Of a stretch of 24,000 nucleotides of DNA, positions 8,627 to 16,848 are shown piece by piece. Position numbers and translations under genes: made by a program. The notes beneath the pieces were generated by a model that was not told the origin of the DNA, searched no databases, and saw only the letters and a program-made list of their open reading frames with translations. Numbering within the stretch: the stretch's first letter is position 1; every line of letters begins with the position of its first letter. Origin of the DNA: an uncultured Anaerococcus sp. (GTDB lineage: Bacteria; Bacillota; Clostridia; Tissierellales; Peptoniphilaceae); the NCBI RefSeq assembly GCF_963510575.1, contig NZ_CAUPFR010000006.1, positions 3,119 through 27,118 of the forward strand, in the 5' to 3' direction.

Positions 8627-8651
8627 AGAAATCGAATAGGTTTCTTTTTTT
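8627..8651 (+). terminator. Rho-independent terminator after maa
   Basis: AGAAATC (8627-8633) pairs with GGTTTCT (8639-8645), followed by T-run 8646-8651. Confidence 0.6.
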
Positions 8652-8727
8652 ATTTCAAAAAGTAAATCTAAACTATAAAAATATTTCAAAGCAAAGACCT
8701 TCCACAAAGCTAAGGAAAATGTTTGTG

Positions 8728-8756
8728 TGGACCTTATTTCTATTCTCTACTATAAT
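8728..8756 (+). promoter_or_regulatory. Candidate promoter of the regulator/PTS operon
   Basis: TGGACC (8728-8733), 17-nt spacer, perfect TATAAT (8751-8756). Lies 20 nt upstream of ATG 8776. Confidence 0.4.
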
Positions 8757-8775
8757 AAAGATACAAGGTGGTTAT

Positions 8776-10653
8776 ATGATTGAAACAAGATTAAAACAAA
8801 TATTTGACTACCTAACTCTTGACTACGACTACCATACGTCAAAAGAGATAGGAGAAGTAATGGAATTATCTTCTAAAACCATAAGAAAGGAGATAAACCT
8901 ACTAAATTCAGCTATAAAAGATAAGGGAGCCTTTATAGAATCCAGGCCAGGAAAGGGTTTTATTTTTATCATCAATGACAAGGACAAATTCAAACTGTTC
9001 TTGAAAAACGATTGGCACAAATATGCCTACTACCAAGAAGAAGACGGGGACAAAAACCTTAGGTATGTAAACATCCTAAAGACCTTCTTATTCTCAAACT
9101 CCTATATCAAACAATTTGAACTAGCCGAAACCTTTCACGTAAGTGAATCACAAATCAACAAAGACTTGCCCCTAATAAGGCAAATCCTAGAAACCTATAA
9201 CCTAGACCTTGTAGCAAAACCCTACTACGGCATGAAGGTAGAAGGAAGTGAGAAAAATATCAGGCTAGCAATCAAAAATGAAATAGGAGAAGATCCCCTA
9301 ATTTTTGAAGGCGACAAGGATAAGGACTTATTTGGCAAAATCCAAGAAATCATAGAAAATATTGACTTCGGCGAATCTTATTTCATGCCCTATGTGAGTT
9401 TCAAAAACCTAGTCATCCACATCTATATATCGATTTTAAGAATAAGGCAAAAAAAATATATCAGCCTGGCAAAAGATTTTGAAAAGAAAATCGAAACCTA
9501 TAAAGAATATAAGTTAGGCAAAAATATTGTAAACGAACTAGAAAAAAACCTAGACCTACAAATCCCAAAAGAAGAGCTAGTCTACATCACCATGCACCTA
9601 ATAGCCAAAAATACAATAAGGGACCAGGAAAAAATATCAACAGAAATCCTCGAACTATCACAAAGTATAATCGATGAAATCTACAAGGTCTCCAAATACG
9701 ATTTTAGGGCAAATATAGACTTCTACTTCTCCCTCGCCATCCACCTCAGCCCCTTAGCAAATAGGATAAAATACGGTTTTAACATGAAAAACCCCATCCT
9801 AGATGACATCAAAGAAAACAAAATATCCTACCTTTTGGCAACAATCGGGGCAAATGTAATAAACGAAAAATACCAAACAAAATTATCAGAAGACGAAATT
9901 GGCTACATAGCCCTCCACATAATGGCGGCTATGAATTCTAACTCAGTAAACCAAAAGAAAATCCTTATAATCTGTGGTTCAGGCAACTCCTCAGCCCAGA
10001 TAATGAAAGCCCAGCTAAACAGGCAATTTAAGGAAAAAATAGACAGCCTAGACACAACTGACCTAAGGAGCCTAAAAAACTTAGACCTAAAAAATTATGA
10101 CCTGGTCATTTCATCAATAAAACTAGACTACGACCTAGAAATCCCTGTGGTTTATGTTGATATAATATTTTCTAAAAATGACTTGGATAACTTAAAACTC
10201 GCCTTTGAAGATAAGAGACTGGCAAAAATCTACGACTTGTTCAACAATTCTATCTTCATAAAGACTAGTCAGTTTAAAAACAAGTTAGAAATCCTAAAAT
10301 ATATTTCAGAATGTATAGAAGAAAAATCTGCCATGAACAAAGACCTTGCCCTTAAACAATTGAAACAAAGGGAAGATATGGGTTATACCTTGTTTAACCA
10401 AATAGCCATCCCCCACATCCTAGACCAGGTTGATGGAGATTCCTACTCTATAATTATCGTCTTAGACAATCCTGTAAAATGGAACGAAACAAGCGCCAGA
10501 CTAGTTTATTCCCTAATCATAGGCAAGGAACTAGCTGATATGAGCCTATATTACGAAAAACTCGGCTTGTTTTTATCAAGCCACAAGTCAGTCACCAGGG
10601 CTCTTGAAGCAAATAATCAAATGGACTTTATGAACATATTCTTGAACGTTTAA
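8776..10653 (+). CDS. PRD-domain transcriptional regulator (MtlR/LicR/ManR class: HTH + 2 PRD + EIIB-like + EIIA-like)
   Basis: Start moved to ATG 8776 (MIETRLKQIF...), which follows the RBS AAGGTGG. N-terminal HTH ('TSKEIGEVMELSSKTIRKEINLL'). PRD His contexts 'LVIHIYISILR', 'ITMHLIAK', 'LAIHLSPL', 'IALHIMAA'. EIIB-like 'ILIICGSGNSSAQIM'. EIIA-like 'IAIPHI'. Confidence 0.8.
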   Translation: MIETRLKQIFDYLTLDYDYHTSKEIGEVMELSSKTIRKEINLLNSAIKDKGAFIESRPGKGFIFIINDKDKFKLFLKNDWHKYAYYQEEDGDKNLRYVNILKTFLFSNSYIKQFELAETFHVSESQINKDLPLIRQILETYNLDLVAKPYYGMKVEGSEKNIRLAIKNEIGEDPLIFEGDKDKDLFGKIQEIIENIDFGESYFMPYVSFKNLVIHIYISILRIRQKKYISLAKDFEKKIETYKEYKLGKNIVNELEKNLDLQIPKEELVYITMHLIAKNTIRDQEKISTEILELSQSIIDEIYKVSKYDFRANIDFYFSLAIHLSPLANRIKYGFNMKNPILDDIKENKISYLLATIGANVINEKYQTKLSEDEIGYIALHIMAAMNSNSVNQKKILIICGSGNSSAQIMKAQLNRQFKEKIDSLDTTDLRSLKNLDLKNYDLVISSIKLDYDLEIPVVYVDIIFSKNDLDNLKLAFEDKRLAKIYDLFNNSIFIKTSQFKNKLEILKYISECIEEKSAMNKDLALKQLKQREDMGYTLFNQIAIPHILDQVDGDSYSIIIVLDNPVKWNETSARLVYSLIIGKELADMSLYYEKLGLFLSSHKSVTRALEANNQMDFMNIFLNV

Positions 10654-10680
10654 GGTAAATATAATCTAAAAGGAGGACTT

Positions 10681-11658
10681 ATGTACGCTTTAATTGGAAC
10701 TTGGAGGATGTCCCTCGAAGGCATAGAAAAAAGCCTAAAAGATTTGGCAAATGGCAAAAGTGCAGCAGACGCCATGACCCAAACCATAAAAGAAGTCGAA
10801 AACTTTCCCTATTTTAAATCTGTAGGCTATGGTGGCCTACCAAATGAAAATATGGAAGTTGAACTAGATGCAGCCTTCATGGACGGAAGTAATTTTAACT
10901 TCGGCGCTGTTGCAGGAGTCAAAAATATTAAAAACCCAATCGCTGTCGCAAGAGACTTGTCAAAATTTGATGCCAACAACTTTTTGGTAGGACCAGGTGC
11001 AGAAAAATACGCCGACCAAAACGGTTTTGAAAGGGTAAACATGCTCACAGATAGGGCAAAAATCCATTACAAAAACCGTCTCTACCAAGAAAAAAAATTA
11101 TCCATGGAAAGAGACCTAAAACCCTATATAGGTCACGATACTGTTGGAGTTTGTGCCCTTGACAAGGATGGCAACATCGCCTGTGGCACATCTACAAGTG
11201 GACTTTTTATGAAAAAGCCAGGCAGGGTTGGCGATAGTCCTGTAATTGGATCAGGTCTTTATGCGGACAGTGAAGTTGGAGCTGCCACTGCTACAGGCCT
11301 TGGGGAAGACCTCATGAAAGGTTGTATCTCCTACGAAATCGTAAGGCTAATGAAAGAAGGATACCAGGTCCAAGACGCCTGTGATCAGGCAGTAAACAAT
11401 TTGGATAAAATCCTAAAGAAAAAAAGGGCTAAAAGTGGTGACCTATCGGTAGTAGCCATTGACAAGGACGGAAATTTTGGCGTAGCAACCAACATCGACG
11501 GCTTCTCCTTTGTTTATGGAGGCGAAAACCAACCAGCCAAGGTTTATCTCTGCTACAGGGAAAATGACAAAACCCTCTACAAAGAAGCAAGCTCCGACTG
11601 GCTTGATGACTATATGAAAACCAGAACTGCACCACTAAAATTATTAGAAGAAGAATAG
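10681..11658 (+). CDS. Ntn-hydrolase of the Asparaginase_2 family, glycosylasparaginase type (N4-(beta-N-acetylglucosaminyl)-L-asparaginase); cytoplasmic
   Basis: 'GHD|TVGVCALDKDGNIACGTSTSGLFMKKPGRVGDSPVIGSGLYADSEVGAATATGLGEDLM'. The His-Asp-Thr autoprocessing site (Thr codon 11140-11142) and 'GAATATG' resemble the human AGA and flavobacterial enzymes more than the EcAIII-type 'GTVG...VSCTGTGE'. The N-terminus 'IGTWRMS' starts directly, with no signal peptide. Confidence 0.7.
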   Translation: MYALIGTWRMSLEGIEKSLKDLANGKSAADAMTQTIKEVENFPYFKSVGYGGLPNENMEVELDAAFMDGSNFNFGAVAGVKNIKNPIAVARDLSKFDANNFLVGPGAEKYADQNGFERVNMLTDRAKIHYKNRLYQEKKLSMERDLKPYIGHDTVGVCALDKDGNIACGTSTSGLFMKKPGRVGDSPVIGSGLYADSEVGAATATGLGEDLMKGCISYEIVRLMKEGYQVQDACDQAVNNLDKILKKKRAKSGDLSVVAIDKDGNFGVATNIDGFSFVYGGENQPAKVYLCYRENDKTLYKEASSDWLDDYMKTRTAPLKLLEEE

Positions 11659-11666
11659 GAGGAAAT

Positions 11667-11987
11667 ATGGAAGATTTAGAATTGATTTGTTTTCAAATCA
11701 TCTCACACGCAGGCACAGCCAAATCAAACTATATAGAGGCTATGGCCAAGGCAAGGGAGGGTGATTTTAAAAGAGCTTCAGAACTAATTGAGGAGGGTGT
11801 AAAGTCCTACAGACTTGCCCACAAGGCCCACTCATCCCTAATTACAGAAGAAGCATCTGGCAACAAGGTAGAAGTAGGTCTTTTACTAATGCACGCCGAA
11901 GACCAACTAATAACAACGGAGGTGATAAAATTAATGGCTGAAGAAAATATTCAGCTAATAAAAGAAATTAGGAAAATAGATGAGTAA
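11667..11987 (+). CDS. PTS lactose/cellobiose-family EIIA component
   Basis: 106 aa three-helix EIIA: 'IISHAGTAKSNYIEAMAKAREGDF' and the phospho-His context 'LLMHAEDQL'. Confidence 0.85.
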   Translation: MEDLELICFQIISHAGTAKSNYIEAMAKAREGDFKRASELIEEGVKSYRLAHKAHSSLITEEASGNKVEVGLLLMHAEDQLITTEVIKLMAEENIQLIKEIRKIDE

Positions 11988-12564
11988 AAAATCTAAAATA
12001 AAAATAGAGGAAAACACAAAAACTGGATATTTTATTAAAAGAGTCTTTGCTTATATGATAGACTGGTACATCTCCTCTGTCCTTTTAAACTTAGCCATAA
12101 GGCTATGCTTGATTTTTACTGGACTTGGAGATAAGTACGGAGCCATAGTTATTAAAAGTAATAAGGCAGATGCTATAATAATTCTTATGTCACTATTAAT
12201 AGCCTTTAGCTACTATGTACTAATCCCTTATACTTCAAAAACTACTGCCACCCTAATGAATAAGGTTATGAAGCTTGAAATAGTTAATATGGACGGAAGC
12301 AAACCTAGTCTTATGACCCTAACAAAAAGGTATTTTCTAGGATGTTTCCTCCTCCAAGGTATTTTGTATTCGCCTTTTAACACTATCATCCAAACCATAT
12401 TTCAACACATAAACCCTAGTGGTGCAAAGAGCTTTGATATCATTTTAGCCTCAACCATGGCCCTTATAATAGCTTATTCATCTTTTAAAGCCCTCAAAGA
12501 TAAGAAAACTCATCAAGCACTTCAAGATGCGATTTCAAACACTTATGTAAGAAAAAGGAAGTAA
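11980..12564 (+). CDS. RDD-family integral membrane protein
   Basis: 194 aa with about 3-4 TM segments. 'KRVFAYMIDWYISSVLL' and 'LEIVNMDGSKPSLMTLTKRYFLG' fit the RDD pattern (R..A..ID ... DG..P). The ATG overlaps the EIIA stop by 8 nt. Confidence 0.6.
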   Translation: MSKKSKIKIEENTKTGYFIKRVFAYMIDWYISSVLLNLAIRLCLIFTGLGDKYGAIVIKSNKADAIIILMSLLIAFSYYVLIPYTSKTTATLMNKVMKLEIVNMDGSKPSLMTLTKRYFLGCFLLQGILYSPFNTIIQTIFQHINPSGAKSFDIILASTMALIIAYSSFKALKDKKTHQALQDAISNTYVRKRK

Positions 12565-12566
12565 TT

Positions 12567-12893
12567 ATGAAAAAATTTTATTTATTTTGCAACGCCGGTA
12601 TGTCCACAAGCCTACTAGCTAGCAAAATGCAAAAAGTAGCCAACGAACACAACTTGCCTATAGAAGTAAAGGCCTTTCCTGATTCTGAAATGGATACAAT
12701 AATAAATTCAGAAAATCCAGACGCCATCCTCTTAGGCCCACAAGTACGCCACATTTATGAAAAAACAAAAGAAAAATACGGCAATCTTGGAAAGGTTATC
12801 ATGCCAATAGATCCTGATGATTATGGCACAATGAACGGCGAAAGAGTTCTAAAAGCAGCTATCTTAGAATACAAGAAAAACGGAGGTAAATAG
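12567..12893 (+). CDS. PTS lactose/cellobiose-family EIIB component
   Basis: 108 aa. The N-terminal 'FYLFCNAGMSTSLLASKMQ' has the active-site Cys in the canonical CxAGMSTS loop. Confidence 0.85.
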   Translation: MKKFYLFCNAGMSTSLLASKMQKVANEHNLPIEVKAFPDSEMDTIINSENPDAILLGPQVRHIYEKTKEKYGNLGKVIMPIDPDDYGTMNGERVLKAAILEYKKNGGK

Positions 12894-12895
12894 AA

Positions 12896-14248
12896 ATGTT
12901 AAAAAAACTAGATTCGTTCCTATCCCCAATAGCTAACACCTTATCAAAAAACAAAATATTAAGTGCGATTAGAGATGGTTTCTTAATTACAACCCCAATT
13001 GTAATTATCGGCTCCCTATTTTTATTAATTGCCAACTTCCCAATCAACGGCTACGAAGAATTTATGGCTGGTATTTTTGGAGAAGGTTGGGATGCTTATC
13101 TTGGCAGAGTAACAGCCATAGCCTTTGACTGTATAGCCCTCCTAGCATCATTTTCTATTGGTTATTGCTATGCTCGTGAAAAAGGACTAGCTGATAAGGT
13201 ATCTGCTGCTGCAGTTGCCCTAGTATCCTTCTTGATAGTAACACCTCAAAAACACCCAGACTTTGTAAATATAGAAGATTCCGAAAAAGTATTCCGTGGA
13301 TTCTCCTTTGGAAACTTTGGTACAGCTGGTATCTTCCTATCAATGATAGTAGCAATCATATCTGTAAGCATTTTTGCTTGGGCAGTCAAAAGAAAACTTG
13401 TAATCAAACTACCTGATGGAGTTCCTCCAGCAGTAATGGATTCTTTTGCGGCCCTAATCCCTGCAGCCCTATCAATGGTATTCTTCTTTGTGATAAATAT
13501 AATTATTTCACATACATCTTATGAATACCTCCACAACCTAATTTACCAAGTTCTCCAAGCACCACTTGTTGGTCTAGGAAGATTTGCCCTATTTGAAGTT
13601 ATATACCAATTCTTATCAACCCTCTTCTGGTTCTTTGGTATAAACGGCCCTGCTGTTACAAATACAGTATTCTCACCAATCCACAAGGCTCTTACACTTG
13701 AAAACTACGAAGCAGCTCAAGCTGGTCTAAAGATGACAAACATCTTCACAGCTGGATTCTCAGATTTCTTCTGCAACTTCGGTGGTGGTGGATCAACACT
13801 AGGTCTTGTAATAATGATGTCATTCCTAGCCAAATCTGAAAGAATGAAAGTTTTAGGTAGATTATCTCTTCCTGCAGGCATCTTTGGAATTAACGAACCA
13901 ATCATCTTTGGTCTACCAATAGTATTAAACCCAATCATGATTATTCCATTTATCCTATCACCTATTGCAAATACAGTTATAGCTTACCTTGCAACTATCA
14001 CAGGCTTTATCCCTGTTACATCTGGTATCCAACTACCATGGACAACCCCAATAGGATTCTCAGGCTACCTCATCACAGGTACCTTCTCTGCAGTAATCTT
14101 ACAGCTAGGCCTACTTGCCCTAAACATGGCAATCTACTACCCATTCATGAAATTACTAGATAAGCAATACCTAGAAGAAGAAAAGAATAAGGTAGAAGAA
14201 GTTGACGAAATAGACTCCCTATCATTTGACGATTTAAGCCTAGATTAA
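12896..14248 (+). CDS. PTS lactose/cellobiose-family EIIC permease
   Basis: 450 aa polytopic protein. 'AIRDGFLITTPIVIIGSLFLLIANFP', 'GINGPAVTN', 'GGGGSTLGL' and 'INEPIIFGLPIVLNP' are typical of Lac/Chb-family EIIC. Confidence 0.85.
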   Translation: MLKKLDSFLSPIANTLSKNKILSAIRDGFLITTPIVIIGSLFLLIANFPINGYEEFMAGIFGEGWDAYLGRVTAIAFDCIALLASFSIGYCYAREKGLADKVSAAAVALVSFLIVTPQKHPDFVNIEDSEKVFRGFSFGNFGTAGIFLSMIVAIISVSIFAWAVKRKLVIKLPDGVPPAVMDSFAALIPAALSMVFFFVINIIISHTSYEYLHNLIYQVLQAPLVGLGRFALFEVIYQFLSTLFWFFGINGPAVTNTVFSPIHKALTLENYEAAQAGLKMTNIFTAGFSDFFCNFGGGGSTLGLVIMMSFLAKSERMKVLGRLSLPAGIFGINEPIIFGLPIVLNPIMIIPFILSPIANTVIAYLATITGFIPVTSGIQLPWTTPIGFSGYLITGTFSAVILQLGLLALNMAIYYPFMKLLDKQYLEEEKNKVEEVDEIDSLSFDDLSLD

Positions 14249-14268
14249 TTTTTAGAAAGAAGTGACAA

Positions 14269-14781
14269 ATGAAAGTATTAATGATCTTTGATCAGGGTTT
14301 GGCTGGTGCTGGCGGAAAATCAAATCCCAACCAAGAACTAGCTATAGCAAAGGGCGGAATTGGTTCTGCCCTTATGCTAAAACCCCATTTTGATAAAATT
14401 TCCGCAAGCATTGTAGCCACCTTATATTGTGGCAACGAATATTTTCTAAACCACCAAAAAGAAGTAGTAATAAAAATGACCAAGATGGCAGAAAAGATAA
14501 AACCAGACCTAGTTGTCTGTGGGCCATGTTTTAACTTTGAAGACTACGCCCTAATGTCTGCTGAAATTGCCCTAAGTATAAAAGAATACACCGATATCCC
14601 TGTACTAGCCATGATGTCCAAAGAAAACGAAGCTACTATCTCTAACTTTAAGGACAAGATAGACATCCTAAAGATGCCAAAAAAAGGTGGCACAGGGCTT
14701 AGCGAAAGTTTTGACAACCTAGCTAACTATATAGATAGGAAGGTCAATGGTGGAGAAATAAATAAGGACCACTTATATTAA
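14269..14781 (+). CDS. Stand-alone protein resembling the N-terminal domain of the glycine/sarcosine/betaine reductase component B (GrdB) family; function unknown
   Basis: 170 aa. 'KVLMIFDQGLAGAGGKSNP', 'VATLYCGNEYF', 'KPDLVVCGPCFNFEDYALMSAEIA' and 'IPVLAMM' line up, from memory, with GrdB 'VVHYxNQFFAGIGGEEKA...VICGDxYF...PDLFIAGPAFNAGRYGxACG...IPVxTGM'. It lacks the C-terminal Sec-containing region. Confidence 0.4.
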   Translation: MKVLMIFDQGLAGAGGKSNPNQELAIAKGGIGSALMLKPHFDKISASIVATLYCGNEYFLNHQKEVVIKMTKMAEKIKPDLVVCGPCFNFEDYALMSAEIALSIKEYTDIPVLAMMSKENEATISNFKDKIDILKMPKKGGTGLSESFDNLANYIDRKVNGGEINKDHLY

Positions 14782-14786
14782 AAATT

Positions 14787-15785
14787 ATGACAAAAAATAA
14801 AATCAAAGAAATCTACGATATTTATTCCGTATCCAGTTTTGAAAGACAAATCAGCGACTATCTCGAAAAAGCCTACCAAGCCTATGACTATAAAATAGTA
14901 AAAGATAAGCTAAACTCAGTTTTTTTCAACAAGGCAAATCCCGGTCGTAAAAAAGTAATGATAGCCTTTCCCCTAGATGAATACGGATTAATGGTTAGAG
15001 AAATAGAAGATAATGGAAAAATAAGGTTCATCCTCCTAGAAGATATTTCTCCATTATCTTTTTTAAATCAAAGAGTAAATATAATCACAAGAAACAAAAA
15101 AAATATAAAAGGTATCGTAAAGGCAGATGTAAAATTTGCTGAAGATTCTAAGACAAATATTGGCGAAGATGATCTTTATATAGAAGTCTTAGCTCCTAAG
15201 GATAAGCTAAAAGAAAGTGTAAAAATAGGCGACCTTGTAAGTTTAGATTCGCCCTTTTATGAAGATGAAAACTTTATAATGGCAAGGTCTCTTAGCCAAA
15301 AAATCTACCAGTATCTTTCCATAAGCCTAGCCGAAAAAATCAAGGATAAGACCTATCCTTTTGATTTGTATGTTGGGGGTATATCCCAATCAACCATCGG
15401 TTTTAGGGGGACAAAAACTGCTACCTACGTAATAAAGCCAGACCTCGCCCTAGCACTCACAAGTTTTGAAACTAACGCCTCAAGCCCAAAAATTTCCCTA
15501 GGCGATGGCCTAATAGTCGGCAAATATGACAAGCAAATGCTACCCGATAGGAAACTTTTATCCTTTGTAGAAGACAGGTTTGAAGCTAAGGCCTACCTTG
15601 GTCTTAGGGGCAATGACGGATCTTTTATCCACAAAACTATTTCTGGAACCCCTTGCCTATCCCTAGGTCTTGCCACAGCAAATATCTCAACAGCCAATGA
15701 AATAATTTCTAAAACCGACATAGAAAAGCTAGAAAATTTCTTGATTGATTTCCTAGATCAAGTTGGCGAATTTTTAGGGGAATGA
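14787..15785 (+). CDS. M42-peptidase-fold paralog with all metal-ligand positions substituted (predicted pseudo-peptidase)
   Basis: Colinear with the next gene and with M42/TET peptidases. However 'AFPLDEYG' replaces 'AHxDEIG', 'MARSLSQKI' replaces 'xxDDR/DNRxx', 'ISQSTIGFRGT' replaces 'VQEEVGLRGA', 'ALALTSF' replaces 'AIDVT', and there is no 'RYxHS/T' His. Confidence 0.6.
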   Translation: MTKNKIKEIYDIYSVSSFERQISDYLEKAYQAYDYKIVKDKLNSVFFNKANPGRKKVMIAFPLDEYGLMVREIEDNGKIRFILLEDISPLSFLNQRVNIITRNKKNIKGIVKADVKFAEDSKTNIGEDDLYIEVLAPKDKLKESVKIGDLVSLDSPFYEDENFIMARSLSQKIYQYLSISLAEKIKDKTYPFDLYVGGISQSTIGFRGTKTATYVIKPDLALALTSFETNASSPKISLGDGLIVGKYDKQMLPDRKLLSFVEDRFEAKAYLGLRGNDGSFIHKTISGTPCLSLGLATANISTANEIISKTDIEKLENFLIDFLDQVGEFLGE

Positions 15786-15786
15786 T

Positions 15787-16848
15787 ATGGATGTAGGAAA
15801 ATTCAAAGACCTTGCAAGCCTTCCCGGCCTAAGCTCTTTTGAAGACAGGGTCGTAAATCATTTAGAAAAAAACCTAGATGCTAAGGACCTAGAAATTCAA
15901 AAAGACGGGATAGGTAGCCTAATTGTAAGAAAAAAACCTAGCCAAAGCCAAAATCCTCTAAAACTCATGTTTGCAACCCACATAGATGAAATTGGGTTTT
16001 TGGTAGAAGATTTTAGGGGCAATTTTTTGAAACTAAGGCCTGTTGGTTCTACCTGGACCCACTTAGTTGTTGGACAAATTTACCAATTGATCAATAAGGA
16101 TGGCAAGAGATATTTTGGAGTCATATCCTCTCCTGCAACCCACGGCAGGAGTGCGGAAGAAAAATCCAAAACCCTAAGCCAGGATGAACTCTACCTGGAT
16201 TTGGCTTTGGAAGATGGGGATTTTGAGAAATTGAATATAGGAATTGGCGATGAGGTAGTTCCCTATGCACCAGACCTTGACCTTGCTAATGATAAATTTT
16301 TCCTAGCCAAGGCCATAGACAACAGGATTTCTGCCTACCTTGGCGAAGAGATTTTAGCTGAGAAGCTTGCCAACAAAACCGACCTCTACTGGGCCTTTAC
16401 CGTCCAAGAAGAACCAGGTCTTAGGGGTGCTCGCACGGTTACAGATATAGTTAGACCAGACCTGGCCTTTGCCATTGACACCACCCTCGCAGGTGATACC
16501 GTCTTTGACAAAAACTCAGTCAAACTCGGTGGTGGCCTTGTCCTTTCCTTTATAGATTCAAACTCCATAGCCCACAGGGGACTCATGCGTTGGGTCGAAA
16601 ATTTGTGCGAAGCTAACAAAATAAAATACCAGTACGCAGTCTTTAACAAGGGTGGAACTGATTCTGGCAATATCCACAAATCCCTAGATGGAATCATAAA
16701 TATGACCCTATCCATCCCAGTAAGGTATATGCACACCAACCACACCCTAGCCAATACAGACGATGTAGACAATTGCCTAAGGCTGGTAAAAACAATTATC
16801 CAAAGCCTAGATGAAAAAGAATTTGAAAAAATTAAGGATTTGCAATGA
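15787..16848 (+). CDS. M42 family metallopeptidase (TET/glutamyl-aminopeptidase/FrvX-like)
   Basis: 'ATHIDEIGFLV', 'KAIDNRIS', 'FTVQEEPGLRGA', 'AFAIDTTLAGD' and 'VRYMHTNHT' retain all five canonical M42 metal-binding positions. Confidence 0.8.
   Translation: MDVGKFKDLASLPGLSSFEDRVVNHLEKNLDAKDLEIQKDGIGSLIVRKKPSQSQNPLKLMFATHIDEIGFLVEDFRGNFLKLRPVGSTWTHLVVGQIYQLINKDGKRYFGVISSPATHGRSAEEKSKTLSQDELYLDLALEDGDFEKLNIGIGDEVVPYAPDLDLANDKFFLAKAIDNRISAYLGEEILAEKLANKTDLYWAFTVQEEPGLRGARTVTDIVRPDLAFAIDTTLAGDTVFDKNSVKLGGGLVLSFIDSNSIAHRGLMRWVENLCEANKIKYQYAVFNKGGTDSGNIHKSLDGIINMTLSIPVRYMHTNHTLANTDDVDNCLRLVKTIIQSLDEKEFEKIKDLQ

Noticed and set aside
8719-8775. Longer N-terminal extensions offered by the ORF track (8719 for the regulator, 19749 for ppk2, 2257 for chrA)
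   Set aside because: Internal ATGs at 8776, 19983 and 2167 are preceded by good Shine-Dalgarno sequences and match the family N-termini. The extensions overlap a promoter, a terminator or the upstream gene.
9527-9540. cre-like sequence TGTAAACGAACTAG inside the regulator gene
   Set aside because: It matches the CcpA cre consensus (TGWAANCGNTNWCA) only in the left half and fails three right-half positions. It is also intragenic.
12896-14248. Acidic C-terminal tail of EIIC ('EEEKNKVEEVDEIDSLSFDDLSLD') as a special feature
   Set aside because: The overall length is normal for Lac/Chb-family EIIC proteins and their tails are variable. There is no basis to assign a function.
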